Shown: piece after piece, positions 63,565 to 64,000 of the stretch
Layout of the letters: every line of letters starts with the position of its first letter
Position numbering within the stretch: the first letter of the stretch is position 1
Assembly: GCA_963701075.1 (NCBI GenBank)
Contig: OY969559.1
Span: forward strand, 448,001 to 512,000
Length of the DNA: 64,000 bases
Reading direction: 5' to 3'
Source: an uncultured Nitrososphaerota archaeon
Lineage (GTDB): Archaea; Thermoproteota; Nitrososphaeria; Nitrososphaerales; Nitrosopumilaceae
Translations under genes and position numbers: made by a program
The notes under the pieces: model-generated
Database searches by the model: none
Told to the model about the DNA's origin: nothing
Seen by the model: only the letters and a program-made list of their open reading frames with translations

Positions 63565-64000
63565 TTGCCAACGTCGCAATATGCATCATCCTTTGGTAGA
63601 CTACAAGCATTTTCCCTGAACTTTCTCTCAAAAGATGCAATACAAAATCTGATGAAAGCAAAAGACGAAGGTGATATGGTGAAGATTCTCGAATCAACTT
63701 GGTATGGCCCAGAAATTGAAAAAGCGGCAACTTTATTCAAAGACACAGATCTTTTACAGGTTGCACTGAACAGACATCTGGTCCTTGTAAACAAGATTGC
63801 GCTAGAGGCAACACCGTTTAATGGCAAGTCTGCAGTACGCGCATATCTTTCAAAGTGGGATATTTACAATATAGAACTAATTTTGTCTTCAAAAAGCATG
63901 GGAAGACCAGTCACTGAGGTAGAATCATTTCTTGTATCAAACAGAAATGTTCCAGCCGGAATCTCGGCTGGAAACATTCCTCATGATGACATGAAAGTCA
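63565..64000 (+). CDS. atpC: A/V-type ATPase subunit C (partial, runs off the window)
   Basis: MPTSQYASSFGRLQA...LESTWY...YLSKWDIYNIELILSSK. Confidence 0.82.
   Translation, partial: MPTSQYASSFGRLQAFSLNFLSKDAIQNLMKAKDEGDMVKILESTWYGPEIEKAATLFKDTDLLQVALNRHLVLVNKIALEATPFNGKSAVRAYLSKWDIYNIELILSSKSMGRPVTEVESFLVSNRNVPAGISAGNIPHDDMKV

Noticed and set aside
44410-63827. Many antisense ORFs in the track overlapping core genes
   Set aside because: Shadow frames of well-supported genes with no recognisable motifs.

Overview
AT-rich archaeal DNA, most likely from an ammonia-oxidising Nitrososphaerota (Nitrosotalea-like). The evidence is the archaeal CoA genes, thaumarchaeal IPxWIKNNAxWW-type secreted proteins and a Thermoplasmatales-like V-type ATPase operon. 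About 1.4-44.1 kb is a decaying accessory/defence region; 44.3-64 kb is housekeeping. Main results: (1) Three copies of an 874-bp IS5-family element. Copies 1 and 2 have swapped 3-bp target duplications, showing a 23.6-kb inversion that splits both a type IIG restriction-modification gene and a pentapeptide-repeat gene; both rejoin in frame. (2) An IS701 element inside a Doc-like gene. (3) An intact orphan small+large terminase pair with no capsid or portal genes. (4) A 5'-truncated DUF3800-like gene followed by two ~150-bp structured repeat units (59-bp identical core plus a hairpin with a variable loop), a candidate RNA-associated system. (5) A DUF4011 helicase/nuclease and a membrane-anchored NucS-like nuclease, plus many toxin-antitoxin modules whose toxins are often truncated. 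(6) Most apparent frameshifts are one extra base beside AGCT, probably a methylation-linked long-read error rather than true pseudogenes. All family assignments come from motif recognition by eye; no database searches were run.
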